A stretch of 34,726 nucleotides of DNA from Candidatus Planktophila sp. (GCA_044236295.1 JBIIGW010000001.1:1-34726), one strand, 5' to 3'; positions 8,726-18,751 are shown, counted from the first letter of the stretch. Numbers and translations are program-made. Notes: generated by a model from the letters alone, not told the origin.

Positions 8726-11008
8726 ATGCGTGCTTCGAGCACCGTATCCCTGGTCCAAGTAACCGGAACTAACTTAATTTATGTCTACATCGTTCTGGGC
8801 ATCTCACTAGCAGCCCTAGCAATTGCCTACGGTCTTCGCGCCCAAGTTTTGGCAGCTAGCGATGGCACACCAAAGATGCGCGAGATCGCAGAGGCAGTTC
8901 AAGAAGGCGCAGCAGCATTTTTGTCCCGCCAGTTCCGCACACTTTCATATTTTGTTGTCATCGTCTTTCTTCTTTTGTTTGCCCTCCCAGGTGATGCTGA
9001 AATTCGCATCGGCCGTTCAATCTTCTTCCTAATCGGTGCAGCATTTTCTGCTCTGGTTGGATATAACGGTATGTGGCTTGCAGTGCGCGCAAATGTTCGC
9101 GTTGCAGATGCAGCACGTAATAAGAATGGTGCAAAAGCAGTTCAAATCGCATTTCGCACAGGTGGCGTTGTTGGTATGACCACAGTTGGTCTAGGACTAG
9201 CAGGGGCTGCACTCGTTGTCATTATCTATCGCGAAAACGCACCAGCTGTTCTTGAAGGTTTTGGTTTTGGCGCCGCAATGCTGGCAATGTTTATGCGCGT
9301 TGGTGGTGGAATCTTTACAAAGGCAGCAGATGTTGGAGCAGACCTTGTAGGTAAAGTAGAAAAGCACATTCCAGAAGATGACCCACGTAACGCTGCAACA
9401 ATTGCAGACAACGTTGGTGACAACGTTGGTGACTGTGCTGGCATGGCTGCAGATCTCTTTGAATCATATGCAGTAACACTTGTCGCAGCACTGATTCTTG
9501 GTAAGGCCGCATTTGGTGATATGGGCTTGGTCTATCCATTGATCGTTCCTGCAATTGGAACAATTACAGCAGTAATCGGAATCTTCTTAACTAGGTTGCG
9601 CAAGACAGATAAGTCAGCGATGACGGCGATCAACCGCTCATTCTTTTTGTCAGCGATTATCTCTGCAGGTTTAACTGCTCTTGCAACATTTACTTACTTA
9701 CCATCTGATTTCAAACTAATGAGTGGCTTGTCACCAGAGGCAGTTGCAGCTGCAGGAGATACAAACCCACGCATTCTTGCAATCAGCGCAGTATTAATTG
9801 GTATCGCACTTGCTGCAGCAATTCAGGTTCTTACAGGCTTCTTTACAGAAACTGGCCGTCGTCCAGTAAATGATGTTGCAGCTTCATCAGAGACTGGCGC
9901 AGCAACAGTTATTTTGGCTGGTATCGCAGTTGGATTTGAATCAGCTGTTTATTCAGCGCTTTTGATCGCAGCAGCAGTATTTGGTGCCTTCTTGCTAGGT
10001 GGCGGCAGCATTGTGCTTTCACTTCTTGCAATTGCTCTGGCTGGTACTGGTTTACTAACAACAGTTGGTGTCATCGTTGCGATGGATACCTTCGGACCAA
10101 TTTCTGACAACGCACAAGGAATCGCAGAAATGTCTGGCGATGTTACTGGTGAGGGTGCAGCGATCCTTACAGGTCTAGATGCAGTTGGTAACACAACTAA
10201 GGCGATCACAAAGGGAATTGCAATTGCAACTGCAGTGCTTGCAGCAACAGCGCTCTTTGGTGCATTTACAGATGCAATCAAAACTGCAGTAGTTGATGCA
10301 GGTCGTAATGCAACCGATCTTGCACTTCAGTTCCAAGGTGTTCTAGATGTTGCAGATCCACGCAACCTTGTTGGATTAATTATTGGCGCAGCAGTTGTAT
10401 TCCTGTTCTCAGGTCTTGCAGTCAACGCGGTATCACGCGCAGCTGGAGCAGTTGTTGTGGAAGTTCGTGAACAGTTCCGCTTGCGTCCAGGAATCATGCA
10501 AGGAACTGAGAAGCCAGATTATGCACGCGTAGTTGATATCTGTACTCGCGATTCACTACGCGAATTGGTAACACCAGGGCTGCTTGCAGTTATGGCGCCA
10601 ATCGCAGTTGGATTTGGTTTAGGTGTTGGCGCACTTGGTGCATACCTTGCCGGTGCAATTGGCACAGGAACATTGATGGCAGTGTTTCTATCTAACTCAG
10701 GCGGTGCTTGGGATAACGCTAAGAAGATGGTTGAAGATGGCCATCATGGTGGGAAGAACAGCGATGCACACGCAGCAACAATCGTGGGTGACACTGTTGG
10801 AGATCCATTCAAAGACACAGCAGGTCCTGCAATTAACCCACTTATCAAGGTAATGAACCTTGTAGGTCTGTTGATTACTCCTGCAATTGTTTCTCTTGCA
10901 CTTGGCAATGGCCAAACAACAAGCACAGTTATCTCATTGCTAGCAGTTGCTGTCATTGTCGGTGCGTTAGTTCGCAACCGCAGACAAGCAACTTCAATCA
11001 CGGTCTAA
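8726..11008 (+). CDS. hppA: Membrane-bound H+-translocating pyrophosphatase, K+-independent type
   Basis: GGIFTKAADVGADLVGKVE, DNVGDNVGD, GNTTKAITKG (Lys at the K+-dependence position), GDTVGDPFKD; SD GGAGGAG. Confidence 0.97.
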   Translation: MRASSTVSLVQVTGTNLIYVYIVLGISLAALAIAYGLRAQVLAASDGTPKMREIAEAVQEGAAAFLSRQFRTLSYFVVIVFLLLFALPGDAEIRIGRSIFFLIGAAFSALVGYNGMWLAVRANVRVADAARNKNGAKAVQIAFRTGGVVGMTTVGLGLAGAALVVIIYRENAPAVLEGFGFGAAMLAMFMRVGGGIFTKAADVGADLVGKVEKHIPEDDPRNAATIADNVGDNVGDCAGMAADLFESYAVTLVAALILGKAAFGDMGLVYPLIVPAIGTITAVIGIFLTRLRKTDKSAMTAINRSFFLSAIISAGLTALATFTYLPSDFKLMSGLSPEAVAAAGDTNPRILAISAVLIGIALAAAIQVLTGFFTETGRRPVNDVAASSETGAATVILAGIAVGFESAVYSALLIAAAVFGAFLLGGGSIVLSLLAIALAGTGLLTTVGVIVAMDTFGPISDNAQGIAEMSGDVTGEGAAILTGLDAVGNTTKAITKGIAIATAVLAATALFGAFTDAIKTAVVDAGRNATDLALQFQGVLDVADPRNLVGLIIGAAVVFLFSGLAVNAVSRAAGAVVVEVREQFRLRPGIMQGTEKPDYARVVDICTRDSLRELVTPGLLAVMAPIAVGFGLGVGALGAYLAGAIGTGTLMAVFLSNSGGAWDNAKKMVEDGHHGGKNSDAHAATIVGDTVGDPFKDTAGPAINPLIKVMNLVGLLITPAIVSLALGNGQTTSTVISLLAVAVIVGALVRNRRQATSITV

Positions 11009-11070
11009 AGCCAGTGACTTCCCCCGTCGCACTTGAAAACACAGTAGAGATAGCAAAGCGTTAATCACTC

Positions 11071-13881
11071 ATGGCTAAAGCAAAAACGGATCTGATCAAG
11101 CTGGTGATAGTTGAATCACCAGCTAAGGCCAGAAAAATTGGTGGATACCTTGGCGATGATTATGTCGTCGAGGCCTCCGTCGGTCATATCCGTGACTTGC
11201 CACAGCGCGCTGCAGATATTCCAAAAGAGTTTAAAAAAACCGCTTGGGCTAAAGAGGGCGTAGATATCGAAAATGATTTCGCGCCTTTATATGTCATTAA
11301 CCCAGATAAAAAGGCAAAGGTTGCAGAGCTTAAAGCCCTAATGAAAAACGCCGAAGAGTTGATTCTGGCAACGGATGAAGACCGCGAAGGTGAAGCAATT
11401 GCCTGGCACTTAGTAGAAGTATTAGAGCCAAAGATTCCCATTAAGCGAATGGTCTTTAACGAAATTACAAAAGAGGCCATTGTCGCTGCAGTAGAAAACA
11501 CTCGCGATTTAGATTACAACTTAATCGATGCACAAGAGACACGTCGCGTTCTCGATAGATTGTTTGGATATCGCCTTTCGCCTGTTTTATGGAAAAAAGT
11601 TATGCCACGCATCTCTGCAGGCCGCGTGCAATCAGTTGCTACTAGGTTAATTGTAGAAAAAGAGCGTGAACGCATGGCCTTCATCTCATCTGGTTGGTGG
11701 GACTTGGCTGCAGTTACAGCACTTGGCTTTAACGCTCGCTTATTAGACGTAGATGGAAAGAAAGTTGCCAGCACATCTGACTTTGGTGCAGATGGAGCAG
11801 TAAAAGAAAAGTCACTTGCAAATATCTTATTGCTGGATGAAACCAGCGCAAAAGCATTAGTTGATGGGTTAAAAACTAGCGATCTAACTGTTAAGTCGAT
11901 GGATGAGTCACCACGCACCGAACGTCCAAAGCCACCATTTACAACGTCAACGTTGCAACAAGATGCGGGTAGCAGACTTGGTTGGGGCGCGCAGATAACA
12001 ATGCGAGTTGCACAGCGCCTATATGAAAACGGCTACATCACATACATGCGTACAGACAGCGTTAACTTGTCGGCGCAAGCAATTACTGCAGCACGCAATG
12101 CAGCAAAGTCTTTATACGGGGCCGACCATATTCCAGATGTACCACGTGTGTATCAAGGTAAAACAAAAAACGCACAAGAGGCACACGAAGCAATTAGACC
12201 TGCTGGTGAAAGCTTTAAAACACCAGGTGAGTTAGCACCAGAGCTCTCACGTGATGAGTTTGCACTCTATGACTTAATTTGGAAGCGCACTGTTGCTTCC
12301 CAGATGGCAGATGCTAAAAAAATGCAGATGCGCGTTGACTTTGATGCCAGCATTTCATCAAGTGCTGCAAATGGTTGGAAGAAAGCCATCTTCCGTGCCA
12401 ATGGATCTGTCGTTGTTTTCCCAGGTTTTCTTGCTGCCTACGATGAAATTGTTACCGAAGATGGCAAAGATGAAAACAAAGATGAAGAGGCAACCAACAA
12501 ACGTCTTCCTGCAATGACACTGGGCCAAGCAGTAAAGGTCAATGAATACACATGCGAAGGTCATGAAACAAAGCCACCTGCGCGCTATACAGAGCCAACT
12601 CTTGTTAAAAAACTTGAAGAGCTTGGTATTGGCCGCCCTTCTACTTTTGCATCGATTATTCAAACAATTCAAGATCGCGGATATGTCTATAAGCGTGGGC
12701 GCGCACTAGTTCCTACGTTTTTGGCATTTTCTGTAACAGGCTTGCTAGAAACACACTTTACAAAGTTAGTTGATTACGAATTTACGGCAAGTATGGAAGA
12801 GGATTTAGACAAGATCGCATCAGGTGAGGCTGGCCGTGTTGATTGGTTACGTGACTTCTTCTATGGCGTAGATGGCCAACCTGGCCTTAATGAACTATCT
12901 GCAGACTTAGGTGTTATTGATGCACGTGCAACTAACACCATGAATTTGTCTCCTGAGATTGAGATCCGCGTTGGTCGCTACGGTGCATACCTGCAAGAAA
13001 ACTTGCCTGGTGAAGAGCGCAAACTTGCAAACATTCCAGAAGAGTTAGCACCAGATGAATTAACTCTTGCAAAAGCAATAGAACTATTGGCCGCACCATC
13101 TGGTGAACGCGAACTAGGAATTGACCCTGCAACTAATTTGCCGATCATTGCAAAGAGCGGTCGCTTTGGTCCTTACATCACAGAAGTACTGCCAGAAGTT
13201 CCGGTAGAGCTAACAGCATCTGGAAAGAAGAAAAGAAAAAAGGCAGATGCACCCAAAGCAAAAACTGCATCACTGCTTTCAACAATGACTTTAGATACTG
13301 TTACATATGAAGATGCTCTGCGCTTGCTGTCTCTGCCTCGCACACTTGGCACTAACAGCGCAGGAGATGAAATCACAGTTCAAAACGGTCGCTATGGCCC
13401 TTATCTAAAAGCTGGTGTGGATAGCAGAACTCTGACATCAGAGGATCAACTCTTCACCATGACACTAGATGAAGCGCTAGAGATTTATTCAAAACCAAAA
13501 GAGCGACGTCGCGGTGTTGCAAAGCCTCCATTAAAAGAACTTGGTCTTGATCCTGAAACTCAAAGACCTCTTATTATTAAAGATGGCCGCTTTGGAATGT
13601 ATGTCTCTGATGGTGAAACAAATGCAACGCTTCGCCGTGGTGACACTCTTGAAGCAATGACAATTGAACGCGGATTAGAACTACTCGCTGGTCGTCGTGC
13701 GTGGGAGGCAGAGAATGGCCCATCACCTAAAAAATCTCGCAAGAAAGCTGCGGCAAAATCAAAACCTGTAAAGGCCGGAGCAACTGCGCCAACGCTGACT
13801 AAAAACACAGTTAAAAAAGCCGGCGCAAAGAAGGCTGCCAAAAAGGCGGCAAGTGGAAAAGCAAAAGAGAAGGCTGAATAA
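11071..13881 (+). CDS. topA: DNA topoisomerase I, actinobacterial type with C-terminal repeats and Lys-rich tail
   Basis: IVESPAK, ATDEDREGE, SAGRVQS, catalytic GYITYMRTDS; GR(Y/F)G repeats instead of zinc fingers; KKAGAKKAAKKA tail. Confidence 0.98.
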   Translation: MAKAKTDLIKLVIVESPAKARKIGGYLGDDYVVEASVGHIRDLPQRAADIPKEFKKTAWAKEGVDIENDFAPLYVINPDKKAKVAELKALMKNAEELILATDEDREGEAIAWHLVEVLEPKIPIKRMVFNEITKEAIVAAVENTRDLDYNLIDAQETRRVLDRLFGYRLSPVLWKKVMPRISAGRVQSVATRLIVEKERERMAFISSGWWDLAAVTALGFNARLLDVDGKKVASTSDFGADGAVKEKSLANILLLDETSAKALVDGLKTSDLTVKSMDESPRTERPKPPFTTSTLQQDAGSRLGWGAQITMRVAQRLYENGYITYMRTDSVNLSAQAITAARNAAKSLYGADHIPDVPRVYQGKTKNAQEAHEAIRPAGESFKTPGELAPELSRDEFALYDLIWKRTVASQMADAKKMQMRVDFDASISSSAANGWKKAIFRANGSVVVFPGFLAAYDEIVTEDGKDENKDEEATNKRLPAMTLGQAVKVNEYTCEGHETKPPARYTEPTLVKKLEELGIGRPSTFASIIQTIQDRGYVYKRGRALVPTFLAFSVTGLLETHFTKLVDYEFTASMEEDLDKIASGEAGRVDWLRDFFYGVDGQPGLNELSADLGVIDARATNTMNLSPEIEIRVGRYGAYLQENLPGEERKLANIPEELAPDELTLAKAIELLAAPSGERELGIDPATNLPIIAKSGRFGPYITEVLPEVPVELTASGKKKRKKADAPKAKTASLLSTMTLDTVTYEDALRLLSLPRTLGTNSAGDEITVQNGRYGPYLKAGVDSRTLTSEDQLFTMTLDEALEIYSKPKERRRGVAKPPLKELGLDPETQRPLIIKDGRFGMYVSDGETNATLRRGDTLEAMTIERGLELLAGRRAWEAENGPSPKKSRKKAAAKSKPVKAGATAPTLTKNTVKKAGAKKAAKKAASGKAKEKAE

Positions 13882-14274
13882 CTACTTTATTCCTGGAGAC
13901 ATAGTTTTAAAGCCAAGTGCACTTGCGGCCTTTACCATTTCTTTATCGTAGGTAACTACTCCTTCAATCTGACTCTTCATTGAAAAGGCAGTTGCCATGT
14001 GGATTGAATCCAAAGCTCGCAATTTAATAAATGCAGGAAGGTTCTCGGCTCCCAATAAAACAGAGTGGTCAACTGCGACCAATGGTATGTCTAAGAGAAT
14101 GTCATATGCGTCTTCAAGCAACTCAGCAAAATTCAAATTAATTGCTCGGATTACTTCTACTCTGCTTAATTGAGAAGTAGTGATAGAGGGTGGAAGTTGT
14201 TGAAGTAGAGTTTTTGTTTCAAGTTCAGGTTTGATCAACTTAATAATCGCTGAACTATCTATGTACCATCTCAA
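13882..14274 (-). CDS. vapC: VapC PIN-domain toxin
   Basis: WYIDSSAIIKL, RVEV, LRALDSIHMATA, VTYD acidic PIN residues; TTGA overlap with the antitoxin stop. Confidence 0.9.
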   Translation of the reverse strand: MRWYIDSSAIIKLIKPELETKTLLQQLPPSITTSQLSRVEVIRAINLNFAELLEDAYDILLDIPLVAVDHSVLLGAENLPAFIKLRALDSIHMATAFSMKSQIEGVVTYDKEMVKAASALGFKTMSPGIK

Positions 14275-14576
14275 AACTTTGCTGTCCGGCGCTCTTCGAT
14301 AATGATTTCTGAGAGTTGCTTGCCTTTAGAAATTTTTCCTTTTGGCATTGTAAAAACGCGATTTGGGTTTCGGGCAGGAATAATTCTGCCATTTTCTAAG
14401 TACTCTTCAAATAAAGATCGCGTAATTGGAACAATTCGTGCAACGGGCACACCGTGTTCGGTTACTTCCACAGCTACTCCATCTTTGACTTGGTCTAAAA
14501 TTTGCGATGCGGCTTGACGAAGTTCGCGCACGCCAACCGAAGTGTTCTGAGCTTTGACTTTTTTGGCTGTGCCCAT
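14271..14576 (-). CDS. vapB: Phd/YefM-family antitoxin (VapB)
   Basis: VGVRELRQAASQILDQVKDGVAVEVTEHGVPVARIVP Phd fold; directly upstream of the PIN toxin. Confidence 0.9.
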   Translation of the reverse strand: MGTAKKVKAQNTSVGVRELRQAASQILDQVKDGVAVEVTEHGVPVARIVPITRSLFEEYLENGRIIPARNPNRVFTMPKGKISKGKQLSEIIIEERRTAKF

Positions 14577-14581
14577 AGTTC

Positions 14582-14610
14582 AAGGTAGCACATATTAGTG
14601 ATTGTGCTAC
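14582..14610 (-). promoter_or_regulatory. vapBC promoter with inverted-repeat operator
   Basis: Perfect 8 bp inverted repeat GTAGCACA (14585-14592)-N10-TGTGCTAC (14603-14610), overlapping an extended -10 TGcTACCTT (minus strand) 5 nt before the vapB ATG. Confidence 0.75.
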
Positions 14611-14683
14611 ACCTATAAATACCCATAGATAGGCCCCTCTACCCTCTTTAAGCCCAGTTCGTGCGCCCGATAGACTCCGCTCT

Positions 14684-16849
14684 ATGCCTAAAACACTCCC
14701 GATCCCGGCTGCGCCAGCACCGGATGTAACACGTGGAGTACTTGCGATCCGCCCATTTAGAAAACTATGGAACTCAATGCTCTACTCCTCATTGGGAGAT
14801 TGGCTTGGTTTATTAGCAACAACTGCAATGGCTCAACAGCTATCTGGTGGAGATTACGCAACAGCAAACTTTGCAATCGCAGGTGTTTTCATTGCACGCT
14901 TACTACCTGCAGCCTTTCTTGGCCCAATCGCAGGAGTAATCGCCGACAAGCTAGATCGCCGCAAGTTAATGGTCAACTGCGACATCTTGCGCGGTGCTCT
15001 CTATATTTCCATTCCGATAGCAAACAACTATTTCTGGCTATACACCGCAATGATTTTGGTGGAATGTCTTACGCTCTTTTGGTCACCAGCTAAAGAGGCA
15101 TCAGTTCCTAATCTGGTACCACGCGAGAAGTTAGAGTCTGCAAACCAAGTCTCACTTTTGGCGGCTTACGGAACTGCCCCTATTGCTGCGATTCTCTTTA
15201 CATTCCTATCTCTATTCACATCAGCCTTTAACGCAACCTTTTCCACCAACGTAACAGCGGTAAATCTTGCACTCTATGCAAATGCGCTCTCTTTCTTTTT
15301 TGCAGCCATTGTTATCTTCAATCTCCGTGAGATTCCAAAGGGCGCCGCAGCAAAACATGCCGCAGAAACCGGATTGTTAAAATCTCTGCACGAAGGTTGG
15401 AAAACAGTAAGTAGCAGCAAAATCATCCGCGGCCTTATCGTTGGAATGGTTGGTGCCTTCGTTGCAGCAGGCGCGGTCATTGGACTAGCGCGAACATTTG
15501 TTGGCGATCTCGGCGGAGGAGATGCCGCATACGGTGTTTTGTTTGGCGCAGTTTTTACAGGCCTTGCAGCTGGTATTGCATTTGGACCAAAAGTTTTCGC
15601 GCAGTTTTCTCGCCGTAGATTATTTGGCGCATCCCTGGTTGTCGCAGGCGCGCTACTGGTTGTTTTGGCAGCGATCCCTAACTTAGTTATTGCAGTCTTT
15701 GTTGTAATTATCCTTGGCGCCTTTAGCGGAATTTGCTGGGTAACAGGTTTTACGATGTTAGGGCTAGAAGTAACAGATGATGTTAGAGGACGCACATTTG
15801 CATTCGTTCAAAGCCTAATCCGCGTGGTTTTAGTAGCGGTTTTAGCAATTTCTCCTTTGATTGCAGCTGCCGTTGGTCAACACACATTTACCTTCCAAAA
15901 TACCGAGCTCTCGTATAACGGAGCGGCAGTAACAATTCTTATCGCAGGTCTAATTGCCTCCTTAATTGGTTTCGTCTCCTACAAACAAATGAAAGATCGA
16001 CCAAATGTTTCACTCTGGTCTGATATCTCTAACGCTCTAAAGGGCGAGTTAGGCAGTATGACTGGCGCACCTGCAAAGGGAATCTTTATCGCATTCGAAG
16101 GTGGCGAAGGAATTGGTAAATCAACACAGTCGAAGTTATTAAAGCAATGGTTAGAACAAGAAGGTGAAAGCGTTGTCTTATCCCGCGAACCAGGCGGAAC
16201 AGATCTTGGTATTGAGATCAGAAAGATTTTGCTTTCACATTCAACAGGAGAGATTAGCCCGCGCGCAGAGGCTTTGCTCTATGCAGCAGATCGCGCACAT
16301 CATGTTTACAGTGTTATCAGACCAGCGTTAGCTAGAGGTGAAGTTGTAATTAGCGATCGCTACTTTGATTCATCAATTGCATATCAAGGTGCAGGGCGTG
16401 TATTAGAACCTGGCGAAGTGGCACGAATTTCTAGATGGGCAACTGAATCTTTGTTTCCAACGCTAACGATCATCATTGACCTTGCACCAGAGATTGGTCT
16501 TGGACGATTGATGAGTAAAGACCGTCTTGAATCACAGCCACTTGATTTTCACGAAAGAGTACGACAAGAGTTCTTACAGATAGCAGCGTTAGATCCAGAG
16601 CGCTATTTAATTGTTTCAGGTAACCAATCTATTCAAGCCACTCATGCAGAAATCGTTGCCCGCGTTAGTGAAATTACTGGCCTCAAGCGCAATGCACGAG
16701 AAGATAAAGGCAATTTATTACTTCGCCCAATTCGCGCAGCAGGTAAAGCGGTAAAGCACAGCGGAGCAAGTGCAAGCAAAGCTGTTAAAAAGAGTTCACA
16801 GTCCGCAAAAGCTGCTGCAAGTAAAACAAAAAGAGCTGCAAAAAAATGA
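14684..16849 (+). CDS. tmk: MFS transporter-thymidylate kinase fusion with Lys/Ala-rich C-terminal tail
   Basis: N-terminal ~440 aa MFS (GVIADKLDRRKLM motif A), then TMK motifs AFEGGEGIGKST, REPGGT, DRYFDSSIAYQG; basic tail; lies between topA and holB. Confidence 0.93.
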   Translation: MPKTLPIPAAPAPDVTRGVLAIRPFRKLWNSMLYSSLGDWLGLLATTAMAQQLSGGDYATANFAIAGVFIARLLPAAFLGPIAGVIADKLDRRKLMVNCDILRGALYISIPIANNYFWLYTAMILVECLTLFWSPAKEASVPNLVPREKLESANQVSLLAAYGTAPIAAILFTFLSLFTSAFNATFSTNVTAVNLALYANALSFFFAAIVIFNLREIPKGAAAKHAAETGLLKSLHEGWKTVSSSKIIRGLIVGMVGAFVAAGAVIGLARTFVGDLGGGDAAYGVLFGAVFTGLAAGIAFGPKVFAQFSRRRLFGASLVVAGALLVVLAAIPNLVIAVFVVIILGAFSGICWVTGFTMLGLEVTDDVRGRTFAFVQSLIRVVLVAVLAISPLIAAAVGQHTFTFQNTELSYNGAAVTILIAGLIASLIGFVSYKQMKDRPNVSLWSDISNALKGELGSMTGAPAKGIFIAFEGGEGIGKSTQSKLLKQWLEQEGESVVLSREPGGTDLGIEIRKILLSHSTGEISPRAEALLYAADRAHHVYSVIRPALARGEVVISDRYFDSSIAYQGAGRVLEPGEVARISRWATESLFPTLTIIIDLAPEIGLGRLMSKDRLESQPLDFHERVRQEFLQIAALDPERYLIVSGNQSIQATHAEIVARVSEITGLKRNAREDKGNLLLRPIRAAGKAVKHSGASASKAVKKSSQSAKAAASKTKRAAKK

Positions 16850-18015
16850 GCGTCTATGCAGAGCTTGTAGGACAAGAACACGTAATCGAAATCCTTCAAA
16901 ACGCAGTCCTTGCAACGCGCACAGAAGATGGGCAGGCAACACCAGAGACAAACAATCAAATGACACATGCATGGGTCTTTACAGGCCCACCAGGTTCTGG
17001 CAGGTCCAATGCTGCAATCGCATTTGCACAAGGACTTATCTGCCCCAACAACAGCTGTGGAACATGTAATGAATGTAAATCAGCTGCAAATGGTTCACAC
17101 CCTGATGTGGAGATCATTCGCACAGAAGGTTTATCTATCAAGATAGATGAAGTACGAGAACTACTAACTCGCGTTGCATGGGCGCCATCAATGGGTGGTT
17201 GGCGAGTAGTTGTTATGGAAGATGCAGACCGACTCACAGAGTCTGCGGCAAATGCACTGCTCAAAGCAATTGAAGAACCAGGCAACAGAACAGTCTGGCT
17301 GCTCTGTGCACCAACATTGCATGATGTTCTGCCAACTATTCGCAGCCGTTGTCGCCATTTGCAACTTGTTACACCATCTAATGCTGCCGTTGCACAGGTT
17401 CTACAAACTCGAGACGGCATCTCACCTAACATGGCAGATTTTGCTGCGCGCGTTTCACAGGGCCACATCGGTCGTGCCCGTTATCTTGCAAAGAATGAAT
17501 CAGTGCGCAATACCCGAAACACAATTATGAAACTGCCGCTAACTCTTCAAGGAATCTCATCGGCATTTGCCGCAGCACAAACTCTTGTCGATCTTGCAAC
17601 AGAACAGGCAACAATTGCAGCAGAGGCAAGAAATGAAAAAGAGATCGATGATTTATCACTTGCATATGGCAAAGGTGCAACAGGCCGTGGCATGGCAACT
17701 GGCGGCAGTAAAGCAATTAAAGATTTAGAGAAAGAACAAAAGACCCGCCAAACGAGAATGATCCGTGACGGTCTTGATGCAGCGCTATTAGACATCGCTA
17801 CTTTCTACCGCGATGTCATGATGGTGCAAGCCGGTGCAAACGATGGGTTAATCAATAAAGAGTTAGAAACAGAGATCCGCACGCTGGCTGAAAAAACAAA
17901 ACCACAGAGCACCATCAAAAAAATAAACGCAATCATGCAAGCCCGTACTAACTTAGGTCACAACGCCGCACCTTTACTAACGGTTGAAGCGCTAATGTGC
18001 ACCTTGGCCCGATAG
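16846..18015 (+). CDS. holB: DNA polymerase III subunit delta'
   Basis: HAWVFTGPPGSGRS, Zn motif C...CGTCNEC, HPDV, ANALLKAIEEP, TIRSRC; ATGA overlap with tmk. Confidence 0.95.
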   Translation: MSVYAELVGQEHVIEILQNAVLATRTEDGQATPETNNQMTHAWVFTGPPGSGRSNAAIAFAQGLICPNNSCGTCNECKSAANGSHPDVEIIRTEGLSIKIDEVRELLTRVAWAPSMGGWRVVVMEDADRLTESAANALLKAIEEPGNRTVWLLCAPTLHDVLPTIRSRCRHLQLVTPSNAAVAQVLQTRDGISPNMADFAARVSQGHIGRARYLAKNESVRNTRNTIMKLPLTLQGISSAFAAAQTLVDLATEQATIAAEARNEKEIDDLSLAYGKGATGRGMATGGSKAIKDLEKEQKTRQTRMIRDGLDAALLDIATFYRDVMMVQAGANDGLINKELETEIRTLAEKTKPQSTIKKINAIMQARTNLGHNAAPLLTVEALMCTLAR

Positions 18016-18106
18016 CCCCAAAAACCCTCTAAACGGGCATTTTTCACGCATAGACAAACTGTCTTGATGGTAATTAGCACCCCCTTTCATAGGGCAAGAT
18101 TTGCCC

Positions 18107-18751
18107 ATGCGCTTAGACCATGTCTCATATGTAACCTCCCATGATCAACTAGCCGACACTGTTCAACGTTTAGGTTCACGCCTTGGCAGCAGCTTTGTTG
18201 ATGGAGGTGTTCACCCTCGCTTTGGCACACGCAACTTCACTGTCGCTCTTCAAAATGGTCAATACATAGAAGTTGTATGTCCACTAGATCATCCATCAAC
18301 AGAACAAACACCATGGGGCAAGGCTGTTAGTAAAAAAGCACAAGCTGGTGGCGGTTGGTTAACCTGGGTATTTAGTACAGAAGATATTTCAAAGGTAGAA
18401 GAAAAATTTGGTCGACAAGCAGTAGAAGGCCACCGCACACGCCCAGATGGAACTGACCTCAAGTGGAAGCAGATCGGTGTTAATGAGATTGCAGATTCAC
18501 ACGAACTACCATTTTTTATTCAATGGCTAACAACTGATCACCCTTCACAAGATGGCAAAGCTGTTGCATCGATAGAAAAGATCACCATTGCAGATAAAGG
18601 TGAACTATCCGAGTCATGGTTTAAAGATGAAATCCTTGCTGGACTTGCTGGAACATCTATTGAATGGACAGACCCATCATCAAATGAAGGTGAAAACGGA
18701 ATTGTTGCGGTTCATCTAAAGACTGCAACTGGAGTAGTTGTTTTAGATTAA
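18107..18751 (+). CDS. VOC/glyoxalase-like family protein
   Basis: MRLDHV...GGVHPRFGTRN...YIEVV...LPFFIQW, typical of the Glyoxalase_3-like family; ATG 18107 preferred over TTG 18101. Confidence 0.8.
   Translation: MRLDHVSYVTSHDQLADTVQRLGSRLGSSFVDGGVHPRFGTRNFTVALQNGQYIEVVCPLDHPSTEQTPWGKAVSKKAQAGGGWLTWVFSTEDISKVEEKFGRQAVEGHRTRPDGTDLKWKQIGVNEIADSHELPFFIQWLTTDHPSQDGKAVASIEKITIADKGELSESWFKDEILAGLAGTSIEWTDPSSNEGENGIVAVHLKTATGVVVLD

Noticed and set aside
13730-13881. Lys-rich low-complexity end of topA as a novel repeat
   Set aside because: Known feature of actinobacterial TopA.
15274-17795. Longer antisense or alternate-frame ORFs over tmk and holB (173 aa, 129 aa, 170 aa)
   Set aside because: Fully overlap well-supported genes and show no recognisable domain or initiation signal.
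18007-18045. Possible terminator, tRNA or att site after holB
   Set aside because: GCCCG/CGGGC stem has a 22 nt loop and is weak; no cloverleaf and no copy of the tRNA-Phe 3' end.
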